A DNA stretch of 62,460 nucleotides, the filler included, from Choristocarpus tenellus KU-1152 (Eukaryota > Protista > Phaeophyceae): the NCBI GenBank assembly GCA_964200185.2. It is 14 parts of 14 records of this genome, joined end to end, with 100 filler letters (N's around TTAATTAATTAA, not from the genome) between each part and the next. Parts side by side here need not be neighbours in the genome. Positions count along the whole stretch, not along the records: positions 22,288 to 27,320 come from CAXNAD020012107.1; positions 27,421 to 34,322 come from CAXNAD020007103.1; positions 34,423 to 39,565 come from CAXNAD020011732.1; 11 more parts are not named here. One strand, 5' to 3'. Shown in pieces: positions 25,115-36,534 of the stretch (the stretch's first letter is position 1; each line of letters begins with the position of its first letter). Made by a program: the position numbers and the translations under genes. Below the pieces are notes generated by a model. The model did not search any database and was not told where the DNA came from. It saw only the letters and a program-made list of their open reading frames with translations.

Positions 25115-25974
25115 TTTCGCTCACCCATTCTTTCTGCCCACTTCCATCGTTGCTTGAATATTCAAATCTGTCACTGGGTCAAACAAACCTTTACTTCAGG
25201 CCCATGGTTTTTTGTTTGTTTGCCGATTTTACTTCATTCTTTGTCCTTGTACCTGTTAGACGCAAAACAGGATATTTAAGACAAGCAATTGAAAGACTGA
25301 TTGGCGCACCGGTGTATGAAGAAATTGTAGGCCACCTATACCTGCACAGGTGCTCCATAAAAATCGTGTCCACACTATTAAAAGGTATACTTATACATAC
25401 AAAAAAAAACGTGTCCGAGGGAATCTTAAGGAGAAGTTTTCCATTTTGGGCCCTTGCGTCATCTACATCCTTAGAATAGCCCACAGGGGTGCACCATTAA
25501 AGTCCTAATAGTCCAGAGGCATGATAGGTGCGATAGAGTTCTAGGAAAGGGTCTGGGGTCTCAGGACAATGTCACAAGAGGGTGATAGAGACTTGAGGGT
25601 ATCAAGTCCGTGCTGCCTGCAGGGGTGGTGTGTGCTTGATTTTCTAGGGGGCATGATATGGAACAGAGACAGTGTTATCAAGGGGCCATTGGTGCTTATT
25701 ATCGGTTTGTTCCCTCTCAAACATTCCAACACACACATATCCAGTGGAAGATGGTGGGTGGTGTTGAGGGCTTGCAATTGAAAAAGAATAGATGGAACAA
25801 ACACAACATGTGGATTGCCATCAAGCCGCCCATTTGCCCTCAACTCACGAAAAAATTGTCAGGACCCTATATCTTTGCTGGAAAAACCTCACAGCTGAAG
25901 AGGCAGTGCCAACCAAAGATACAGCTGATGTACCTGCCAGAGTGCCTCTCAGCACATCTGTGACAAATCTGCCC

Positions 25975-27050
25975 AGTTATTAAGGGAGCAAGGACCCATC
26001 ATGGAATGATGGAGGAGATACTTTACAGAACTCCTTAACAGCAAGTTAGTAAATTTCAACCCTCATAGTGTTGAAGTCCTTGATCGACAATCCACATCCA
26101 TACACTCAGGGCAATGGGAAACGTGAAGACTCCAGATCCCGATAGTCTTCCAGTTGAGCTAGTAAAACTAGACCCATCGGAGGACGTGGCTATTCTCCAG
26201 GGCTTCCATAAGTTTGTGTTAGCTGCGTGCAACCAGGAAGCTGTGCTGCAGGTTTGGAAGAATGCCGTAATCACTCTGCTCTACAAGAAGAAGGACCACA
26301 CTGTTGGTGCTACAGGGGCATCTCTTGGTACATGCTGGCAAACGTTCTTAAGGTTGTTTGCACGGTGGTTGGGAAATTAACTGGGGTGTTCAATGCATCC
26401 AGCCCCAGTGCTTCACAGTAGACAATGTTTTTCTATATGTGCCCTCTAAGAGATTGGTTTGGAAAAGCATTTACCCCTGTTCATGTGTTTATTGATCTAC
26501 AGAAAGCATGTGGCTATGTTGATTGTAATCTCCTGTAGATTGCGCCGACCAGATTTGGCACACCTGAGAAGATGATTTCTATCATCCGCAACTTCCACGA
26601 TGTAGTGAGAGTATGTATTTGTGTTGATGATGGTGAGCGCGCACAGACTGGTTTGACGATAGATATGGCCTTCAATGGCAGGGGCGCGTTCTTGCTCCCA
26701 TCGTCTTCAATACCTATGTGCTGCAGTACCAAGTGTAGCCATTAAAACAAGTTCTAGTAAGATCTATCTATCTCTAAGGATCTTGTTATCATCAAGAGAG
26801 TGGGCAAAAATCAGATCAGAAGGGAAGGAGCACCAAGTAGTGAGACAGCACTCGAGTGTGTGCTCTCACGATGTCTGCATCATGTGTCTGTATCATGCTG
26901 ATGATGCAGACATCGTCTCCAAGACCCAAGGAGGCTCGACCAGGATGATGACAGCACTCATGAAGGTCGCCATATTATTCGGTCTGAAGCCATATATTGG
27001 CACTGAAGACAGAGACCGCATGCTTTCGGCATCCGCACCGGGTTGAAGAC
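25975..27050 (+). mobile_element. Non-LTR retrotransposon (RTE-clade LINE) reverse transcriptase pseudogene
   Basis: ME*WRRYFTELLN; KTPDPDSLPVELVKL...WKNAVITLLYKKKD; YRGIS; FIDLQKA; RFGTPEKMISIIRNFHD; LYHADD (YADD motif). Many frameshifts and stops. Confidence 0.9.
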
Positions 27051-27421
27051 CCACAAGCAGCAAGTTTGCTTTACCTTTAGGGAACTATCAGTAACAATGC
27101 CCCTATTTCTGCTAAGGTCACCAGAGGATTCAGAACGTTTCGGGTTGTTTTTCACAAATACAGCCAAGTGCTCTATGACAGGACCTAAGGTGTCTCACTT
27201 GAGTGCAAGATTCAAATGCTCAAGTCCAAAGCATTTGAGACTTTAAAGTATCTGGGGGGGGGGGGGGGGGGGGGGGCATCCAGCAGGTGGTCTGGTGGGG
27301 GGTACGGAGGGGCCCACGCCNNNNNNNNNNNNNNNNNNNNNNNNNNNNNNNNNNNNNNNNNNNNTTAATTAATTAANNNNNNNNNNNNNNNNNNNNNNNN
27401 NNNNNNNNNNNNNNNNNNNNT

Positions 27422-27598
27422 GACCAAAGCTATCGGGGGGGGGGGGGGTGTCTACACCAGGGTGTCCATTTGGACCAAAACCAGGAAAAGTGCACTTACA
27501 GTATCCATCCGATGTATGCAACCAAATCATCCAAAAATTGTGATACGAAAAAATTGACCCCAAATAGACAGCCGCCACCCCCCCACATAATTTGAGCC
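27422..27598. mobile_element. MITE family A, near full length
   Basis: Poly-G, GGGTGTCCATTTGG, GGAAAAGTGCACTTAC and a ...TTTGAGCC end. A further TIR + poly-G start lies at ~27239-27280. Confidence 0.85.
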
Positions 27599-28738
27599 AG
27601 TGTGAATATTCAGATTTAGGAAGAGCTCCTTGGGGACAGAAGAACATATGCATGGGCTTTGATAATAACTTGATGTTTCCCTCAGTCCCATCTGCTGGAA
27701 TATGAGCACACCATGAATACCAAATCCTGATAGATGAAATAAGTAAACAGTTCACACACTCCTGTGGATTTAATGGAGTGTAACTTCTGAAGATACCATG
27801 AAGCGAAGTTAAGATATTTAATAATAGTGACCTGTCTAGCCAGAGTAAAGAAAAAGAAACGCTCAAACTGCTGCCTCGTTTGGTTTCTTTCGTAACCATC
27901 CATGTACGGGTACAATGCTCAGCTTCATCTTGGCAATGACAGTGCTACAATTAACTCCTCGCCTTCCAGTACCGAGAAGACTACCAGCTTGAAGAATTTA
28001 GACAGCTCATGGCTTGCACTCTATACCCGCAGATATATGAAGCAAAGGCACTTGGTCATTCTTTATGCGTATTGAATAAGTTTAGCTATTCATTGTAAAC
28101 TATGCATTCAGGATGTGCCATTAGTTTGACAGGGTGACATTTGAATTGCGACTGGTACATAGATTTCGTTCAGAAGCATGCGCATTGACTCCCTTCTTGC
28201 TATTGTCTTTCCCTACACGTTGAATAGCAATATATTCCACTTCCCACTTAGTGGACTATCCATATTGATGCTCACCAATGTAGATCACTACTACTACTCT
28301 ATGACACAAAGTAGATTTTTCCATATCACGTCTTCATCTAAGGTGTAATACATTTGAATCATACCAAGGAATGCCACAATATACATATGTTATAAACCAT
28401 CTGTCAATCCCAGGAACATGTGATTGCAATTGCGACCTACATAGGAAAATATTCCTGTGGGCGATCCTAGCCTGAAGAACCTGCACATGCAGATATAAAG
28501 CACTTGTAGGAGTCGGAGTGACTGTTGATAAATCTTCCCCTGACCCAGCTACTACTATTATTAGACCATGCACAACTCGGCACGAGCAACAAGACAACCC
28601 CCATTCAGTCACACAAACACAGCAAAGAAAAAAACATTGAAGAAAGGCTTTGACTGGCACAGCTAGTAGAAAACATTAATTTCTTTTGCCGGTTGCCTGC
28701 TGCCTGGCTCCTCTCTGCTCTACAGCAGATTTGATAAT

Positions 28739-29760
28739 GTGTCAGTGGTTATGAAGGAATACCCTGACAATGATGATGGGGTCAGCTACATCAAAGTCCT
28801 CACCCCGGTCAAGGTCACAGGGTGGGCATGCATTGAAGCAAGGCCAATGCTTGACTCAGCAGAAAGTAAGAGCCGACAGCACTGGCACATCCCAGCCCTG
28901 CTTGTCCCTGACTTTGCTCTCTCAGTCACACTCTATGACCGCTCACTCATCTTTTTTGCCTTAACACGGAAAGAAATGGCTTACCCATGGCTGCGATTGG
29001 TTGTGATACTACCTATGTCTCACTACCTGGTTACCGTATCAGCTTTGTTTTACCATGTTAACCAAGACGCGTACAGGAATCGGGCAGCCCCAGCAACTGA
29101 AATGGTGGAACTGCCTGCTGCGGATAGTAGCTGGTAGTGGCCACGTACGGGTTCTTCACGGGTTGGTCTTAGCAGGAGCAGACCTCCATTACAATAGGGA
29201 TCGCTTTGCTGGCAACGTGCTCCATGTCGCGGGCAGATCACCTCACTCACCAGTCCTGAGGTTTCTCCTTCAGGCTGGGGCGAACCCTGCACTAAGAAAC
29301 ACGTACAATAACACCATTCTACGCAAGGCTGTCAGACCTGGGGGTCAGGTGGCTTTCCGTACCCTCCTAGAGGGAGGAGGATCAGATATCAACTATGAAA
29401 GGTGGGGACGCATATAGCATGGCTTCATGGGCTACTCCTTTGGGACAAGAGCAGTGGACGTGGCCTCATGTCATACTGGCCTGCCCCTCTCGAGGGAGCT
29501 CCTGAGTCATGGGAATAATCCGACTCCGTACAACGAAGAGGGGGCTCTATCCTTTTTTTTTACACTGCCAGGTATGCTGACGAGCCAGCAACCTAGTGAA
29601 CCCTTGTCAATGCAACAAACAATGAAGGGTGGACGCCCTTGCAGGTGGCAGTAGCAGAGCCGAGGCCCGAGTGTGTAAGGACACTGCTGGCCCTTGGAAC
29701 TGACATAGAGAACATCAAATATTAATAAATGGGCATCAATGTGCCTGAGTTTGTTGGTGG
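28739..29760 (+). pseudogene. Intronless ankyrin-repeat pseudogene
   Basis: ANK-like repeats: VAGSGHVRVLHGLVLAGAD; NVLHVAG...VLRFLLQAGANPALRNTYNNTIL; NNEGWTPLQVAVAE..PECVRTLLALGTD. Frameshifts and stops between repeats. Confidence 0.75.
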
Positions 29761-30414
29761 AACACATGGAGGCGAAGTTGAGCAATGGGTGCAGGCCACT
29801 GCCAGGCTCCTGGTTAGATGTACTATAACCCTCTACCTTTCTTACCCTTAGTTCTTGTCTACATCTCAATCATCGCCTCTTGCCTGTCCTGGTTCATAGT
29901 GTCCGGTTTGAGCGGTAGCCTGGGATAGACCCTGTCAGCTGCTTGACAGTCTTGATTATATTTTTCACTTGTTTCTCTTGATTCCTCACTATCCTTGTCC
30001 AATTATGATGACTATACCTAGATGTACATTCGGCCCTCCTTTTCTTGTCGTCTACATTGCACAACAAGAACGTCTGTATATACTACTACTCTGAGGTCCT
30101 TTTTTACTTTTTGCGTGTTACACAGCATTTCTGTAGGAGTTGCCGATTGCCCGCAAGCTATGCAATGATATGAGACCAAATATTTTTATGAGGCACTAAA
30201 ACTACTTGAACATATTCTTCCCTGCTTCGAGGATAAGAAGCATCGGTTTGTTTCGTTCAGGCCTACTCCAGCAAAACATTAATACACGTAAAAGCCTTTC
30301 ATTCCTTTAAATACATTTGTTACAAATTTCTAAGAGATTCCCACTTTAGAAGAAATCATGTGCATGCAAGGTCATGCATCATATTTGGAGTTTCATAGTC
30401 TGAGGCTTTACCAA

Positions 30415-30591
30415 GGCTCAAAGTATCTTGGGGGGGTGGCGACTGTCCATTTGGGGGCAATTTTTTTATGTTGGGATTTCGGGTGATTTGGTTGCATATG
30501 TCAAATAGATAATGGATTGCACTTTTCCTGGTTATGCCCCAAATGAACACCCTGGTGTAGATCCCCACCCCTCCCCCAGGTAGGTTGGGTC
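30415..30591. mobile_element. MITE family A, full length
   Basis: GGCTCAAAGTATCTTGGGGGG ... CCCCCAGGTAGGTTGGGTC. Confidence 0.85.
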
Positions 30592-30989
30592 AACCATTTA
30601 TCCAAGAGGCAGCTTATGTTATCTGTACCAACCACCGTCGTAACTCTGAGGGTGCTTATTCGGAAAGCTGTTGTTCAAGCAAGTGTAGTACTTTAGTAAG
30701 GAATATATAGTATGTTAAATCGACTCTTTTGTTGCTGGAATGGTTCAGTATCATCTGTGGTGGTGGCTGGTAAATCTTGTTTTGCATGGTGGATCTTTAG
30801 CTGGGTGTGTCTGTGTGCTATGCTTAGTGTATTTATGCGAGAGAAAGTGCCCGGAGAGGTCAACACAATGTTCTTCACTACAGGACTTCAATCGTTTGTC
30901 TTAAGAACTGGAAGTTGCTTCATCGCCATAATTTCTGCGGAATGATCCCCTCACCTGTTGCAGAATTTAGTAACCAGAACCCTGCATCT

Positions 30990-31494
30990 GAGTCAAAGTA
31001 TCTTAGAGAGTAGAGCCGCGACGGTTTGACATCAAAACCCAATGTTGCGATTTTGATTAAATTTTGGTTATTGTGTTTGTTAGGAAGTGCCAATATCCTT
31101 GTTCCGAACACACATTTTCATAACGTATACATTTTACCTACTCCGAAATGTTTCGGAGTAGGAAAATGTTATAAAAAACCCGTGGGAAGCCAAGCCAAGT
31201 GAAAGTATCTTAGAGAGTACAAGTTGTGCCCTGTTTGTCCATTTGGGTTTTTTACAACGTCTTCCTACTCAAAAATATTTCGGAGTAAGTAAATTGTTTA
31301 CGTTATGACAAGGTGGGTCCGGAACAAGTATATTGATATTTCCTAATCAACACGATAGCCAAAATTAAATCAGAATCATAACATTGGATTTTGGCCCCCA
31401 AATGGACGCGGTTCTACCCTCTAAGTACTTTGGGTCAGCCCCAAATAAATGGACAAACAGGGCAAAATTCATACCCTCTAAGATAATTTCACTC
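30990..31494. mobile_element. MITE family B containing a second, inverted family B copy (31197-31436)
   Basis: The outer copy is split at CCAAGCC|CCAAAT. The inner copy is flanked by a 4-bp direct repeat AGCC (31193-31196 and 31437-31440). Confidence 0.88.
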
Positions 31495-31599
31495 ATTCTG
31501 TTCCAGATGATTTTCTTTTCTGACAGATAGATCCCCGACCCCAAGGTGTTATTATTGAGAGTTTCCTTACTCTGTATGTTCATGTTTCCTGCCCTGAAG

Positions 31600-33130
31600 T
31601 ATTCACAGTAGCAACAAATAGAAAGTCCAACGTGGATGGATGCCTTCCTCAATTAATGGATGTGTGTCTTCTTGGTGATGAAACTAGCCACACCAAGAAT
31701 ATTTTGCAGGTCTTCAAGTGAATGCTCTACGGTAATCCCTTGAGACACGATCCTGTTGTGTAAGCAAAGAAGAAAATTAGGACCCAGTTTATTGCAGTAC
31801 AATCACATTTACATTTAGCTATGGTGGTACCAGTAGGTTCGCCCTCTGATGTTGTCCCGTCATAACCTTTGATATAGACATTGGATTAAAAAGATAAAAG
31901 CATATTCGTGATGCCCGTCACAAGACCCTCCAGAGTACGGGCTTCGTTTTTGTTTTCCCCAATTTTTATTTTTTCGAAGGAAGACGGTCATATTGGGGTT
32001 CGAACTCTGGATTGTAGGTCACCAAGAGCGGCAACAGATGCACTGTTACTTGATTCAAGTACAGGGCTTGGGGGGGGAGAAAGCCTCCCTACCCGTTCTT
32101 CCTGTGTGTTCCCGCATCCACTATTTGACCTCTACAAGGATGTCCTCATCGAGGCCCAGAACGAAACGCCTCTCGTCGCCCCTTTGCTCTGACACCTTGA
32201 TGTGGCCCTTAGTTAGGAAGTCTCTCTCCCATTTTCTTACAGTTTCCGATCTGACCATTGCATATCCTGCTGCCATCTCGAGCGCCAATTGATGATCTTT
32301 CCCATCGTTCATACACAGGTACAGAATTCGCAGTGTTAGAGCCCTTACCATCACATTTCTTCCTTGATCGCTGGAAATGGGTGTCGCCTGTGTTTCCTGG
32401 GCGGGTAATATTTTATCATCAAGGCGCAAGGGCGAGGGAGGACAGACTTGAGTTGATCGAAATTTGTGTCGATTCCTCAAATGAATGTAGGCTGGTAGAA
32501 AGTCTTAATCAACTTTATACATTCAACCCTAAGTCCAGGAACAAAAGTGAATCTATGGCATCTTGCAAGAAGTGGGAGACATCAAACCATCAGTGCGCAA
32601 ATAGTCTGAATCTCACCCCCTCTTCTGCCCTGGCGTCCTCATCAATGGCTACCTCCACCTGCTCCGCGACCTCTTCTAAGTAAAGGATATGCGTGGTATC
32701 GAAAAGTCTCCACAGCTACCTTTGTTACGATCACTTTCTCCTCCCCCTTGTGAGCCCTTTCGACCTTCTTTCGGGCATCAGAGACCTTGTACCCCAACAC
32801 TAACGCTTTTTTTCTTGTTTCCTTAAGCCACTCAAGCTCGCACAGCTTTCAAACAGCCAGGGCCTGCTGCAACTTTCGACTACTAAGATATTCTACACTT
32901 GGGTTTTCGCTTAGGTATTTCCTGAGCGCAATGGCACACAGATTCGCTGATCTCTTCCCCAACCTTCGCTTCGGGCGGCCACACTGGTTCTCCCTTCGCC
33001 TGCCGCGACCAGGCTTCCCACAGACTTCGTCACTGTACGTCCTGGTGATGGACTCACCGCTCTCTTCCTGCTTTCCCGAGGTGGCAGAGACTGCAGAGCA
33101 GTGCTCTGACGTGGTCAAAGATCCAACCAC
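31600..33130 (-). pseudogene. Decayed large IS630/Tc1-like (DDE_3-type) transposase, N-terminal and middle parts
   Basis: SETVRKWERDFLTKGHIKVSEQRGDERRFVLGLDEDILVEVK*WMRE resembles the HTH region (..IR.W...F...G.LP.S.RG.H......L.DED.....) of large DDE_3 transposases. Many stops and frameshifts. Confidence 0.55.
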
Positions 33131-34422
33131 GTTTGTGTGGAAATGCGTTCAATGCATCTTCTCTCAGCGTCAGTGTCACGGACCCGTGATCCATTTCGCG
33201 GTTTGATTATGCTGCTGCGTCACACTACTCACACTTTCTCGTCACCTAACATCTCACTGAGTGTCATACGGTACTTGTTTTTCCGTCACCTCTCCACAGA
33301 AAAGGTACTAAGGGTAGATCCAGGGGGCAGAGTGGCCTCGGCGGCTCTCCTTGTCTCACCATCGTGGTTCATGTTGCTGTGTGCGTCACGCGAGTGTGTG
33401 CTCACAGAAAGTCTGGAATCGGCGTTAAAATTATGTCTGATTTTTTTTCTCTCGGCATTGCCACACCAACCAAACTTGGGCAGCGACCTAACCTGGATCA
33501 ATTTTTTCAAAGAGTTCAGCCAACCACTTCATTTTTGTCCGTTTTGAAGTCGTGACCTTCAAAATTGCGCCGGAGATGTTCCCCCACGTTATTGCCATTA
33601 TTAGATCGAGGCATAGCTCCCGTTCCCCGGAGTGTAGACATTCCTGGATACAAACCTTCAAAAGCTGTTGCCATACCCTTTTATTTGGTATATATATCGT
33701 TGTATAACTGTTGTGGTAGCCTGGTGAAAAAAACTAGGATTACCATAGAGGGCGAAGCTACTGGAACCACTTTAGAGACAATGCACCAAGTACAGACAGC
33801 AGGAATAGTTCAGGCAAGGTACAAATACACAATTCATACATATTGATTACCTGGAGCAAATATATGTAGCTGAGGAGGCTACTCACTATAAGCTCAGAAA
33901 CACCCTACTATGCAGTAGGGACTCTAATACAGTACATGAGCCCATTGTGTGCATGAGTTGTTGTCTTACACTTTGGAAGTACATTATTCAAATTTATTTA
34001 TTTTTCTCAAATCGTTGTTTTCCGAGAACTCGACTGAATGACTGGGAATGCTATTTCTGTTTCCATCAGTGGTTTGAATGGGGGTTGCTTAGTAGGTGGC
34101 CCACCTACTTATCTGGAAAACTTTAGACTTCCGGCCAGTAGAAATTGAAGGTGGACGGAGTGGCGTAACACTACACTGTTGACCCAAACTAATAAATGAG
34201 TTTCACATGTACTGTCAACGGTTTTATCCTTAGTCACATCGTACTGCCAACCAAACCCAAACCCAATTTACACACCAGTTTCCGTATATGGGGTGTCATT
34301 GGGTCAAAGTATCTGGGGGGGGNNNNNNNNNNNNNNNNNNNNNNNNNNNNNNNNNNNNNNNNNNNNTTAATTAATTAANNNNNNNNNNNNNNNNNNNNNN
34401 NNNNNNNNNNNNNNNNNNNNNN

Positions 34423-34638
34423 GGGGGGGGGGGGGGGTCTACACGAGGGTGTCCATTTGACCAAAACCAGGAAAAGTGCACTTACATTATCCATCCAACG
34501 TATGTATGGAACCAAATTACCCAAAAATCGCCACACGAAAAAATTGGCCCAAAATAGACAGCTGCCACCCCCCCTACATACGTTAAGCCAGCGTCAAAAA
34601 CGGACGCCGGCACCTCCCACCCCCAGATACTTTGACCC
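34423..34638. mobile_element. MITE family A (34423-34589) followed by a family C terminus (34593-34638); probable nesting
   Basis: The A end ...TTAAGCC is followed by TCAAAAACGGACGCC...CCCAGATACTTTGACCC. Confidence 0.75.
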
Positions 34639-36534
34639 AAGTGGATTGGCGGGGTACACCTACCTACGTATAGTAGTTAAACTTATTATTTTGCGATAAA
34701 CCACAACAAGGGACACGAAACATCTGGATCATGGTGAGGAAAAGATTCAGTGCGAACAGAGGGGGCATGCACCAGATTCGAGGGAGGGGAAGGAGGGAAG
34801 AGTGGCAGGAGTGTTGAACCCAATTCGGAAGAAAAAATTAAGACATACCCACAAGAAGAGTAGTGGTACACTCATGACTTTGGGAGATGTCTCAAGGAAA
34901 TATTATAAAGCAAAATTTCCGATGGGCCGTTTTTGGGAAACACAGGACAGGAAAAGAATTCCAGGACGTCGTTCCACCCATTCATCAGTCTTCGAAGGTT
35001 AGTGTTCCTTTGTTGTAGGAACAAACCGAACAGGAAAGAACATCAGGAAAAACGTGTGGGTTCGATCGAATTATTGAACCTGTTGGAATTCTTCTTTATC
35101 GGCAATCTATCCACCTCGCCATTGAACTCCACATCCTCCATAAAAAGAAAAAGTCAAACAGGACCCAAGTTTCATGGAAATCTTAGATTAATTACTACAT
35201 AGATATAATCAAAATATTATTATTATGGTTTCTAACATTTTGGAGATGTGTGAGGGGAAAAACCAATGAAATGTAGGTATATTTTATGGATACAAACAAA
35301 AGTCTGGTTATTACCACACTGATTGACCTTATTTTCAATCTGTCAATAATACTAAATGTCAATGTTAGAGCTGACAATAATATAAAATAATAGTAACAAT
35401 AATGGTTCAAATTAGTGACGATTATAACAAAAGTTTTTGTGGTTCTGTGTATCATGAAGACAACTCAATAGGAGGATGAAAATGCAAGAAGGAAAAGGAC
35501 ACGGGTCATGTGAATTATCACTCCAATTTTTGAGGCAGAGCAGACAGAAGGAGGCTGAGAGGTGGTCGGTGTGCATATCCAACTAAACTTGAGCATGTGC
35601 AGCTCTTCCAGGCACCTTGATAAGAAAACCAAAGTCAACTCCATCGAAAATCTACCTGATGTGAATATCTATAGTAGGTACAGCCTCCAACTCTTGGCAC
35701 GGAAACTGAAGTCCACTCCCTCTGAAATATACCATCCCCATTTACCTCTCTTCTCCATTTATTTTATCTCTTTAACAACAAACAGAAGAAGAGCATCAAT
35801 TCCACAAATCTTACATACCGTCCACCTTTCTTTATCTTATTTTAAAACCGCTCAGATATTTCATTTTTTGAGCGCTTTCTCACATTATGATGTATGCACA
35901 AGCACATTTGGTGTATAATGCACCTCATGTAACTGCCAAGCAAACCCAGGAAGTCCCCTTGTGTCCAATGATAGAATTAGAACAAATACCGAGGAGGAGT
36001 CAAACATAATCTCAGTTGGGAATTGCTCACAACAGCTTATTGTGTGGTTTGATTTCGGTGATGGAAGTATGACTCCTGGTGTTGACTTCCACTGCTGAAC
36101 AATGTCGTTGCAGTGATCCCAAAATCACTAAGAATAATTGGTTCACAGACCTTCATCCTGTCAACAATAATACTGAGAATCTTTAAACAGTGATATTACA
36201 TCAATATATCCGGGTTGCTTGCTTTTTGCACCACTCAGACCTTTGTTCACAAAATTTTCAAGTGCAATAATACAGACCATTAGCGCTCAAAGCCTTGTCC
36301 CAGCCGTTTGAGATGCTGTTATGAACCTAGAACAAACTGTTCTCACTCATATACCAGCATGAACCAAAAAACACCAGGATGCGTTCCATGCCCGCCTCTA
36401 TTCCTTCCACCTTCTCCTGTACTCTCACTGCGCTCCATGCACACCGACAGTCTAACAATCCTTCAAACAATGAACTGATGCTTCTCAAGCACAAGCAGAC
36501 ACCAAAACCACATCACCCACCTCAGTCCTTAATA

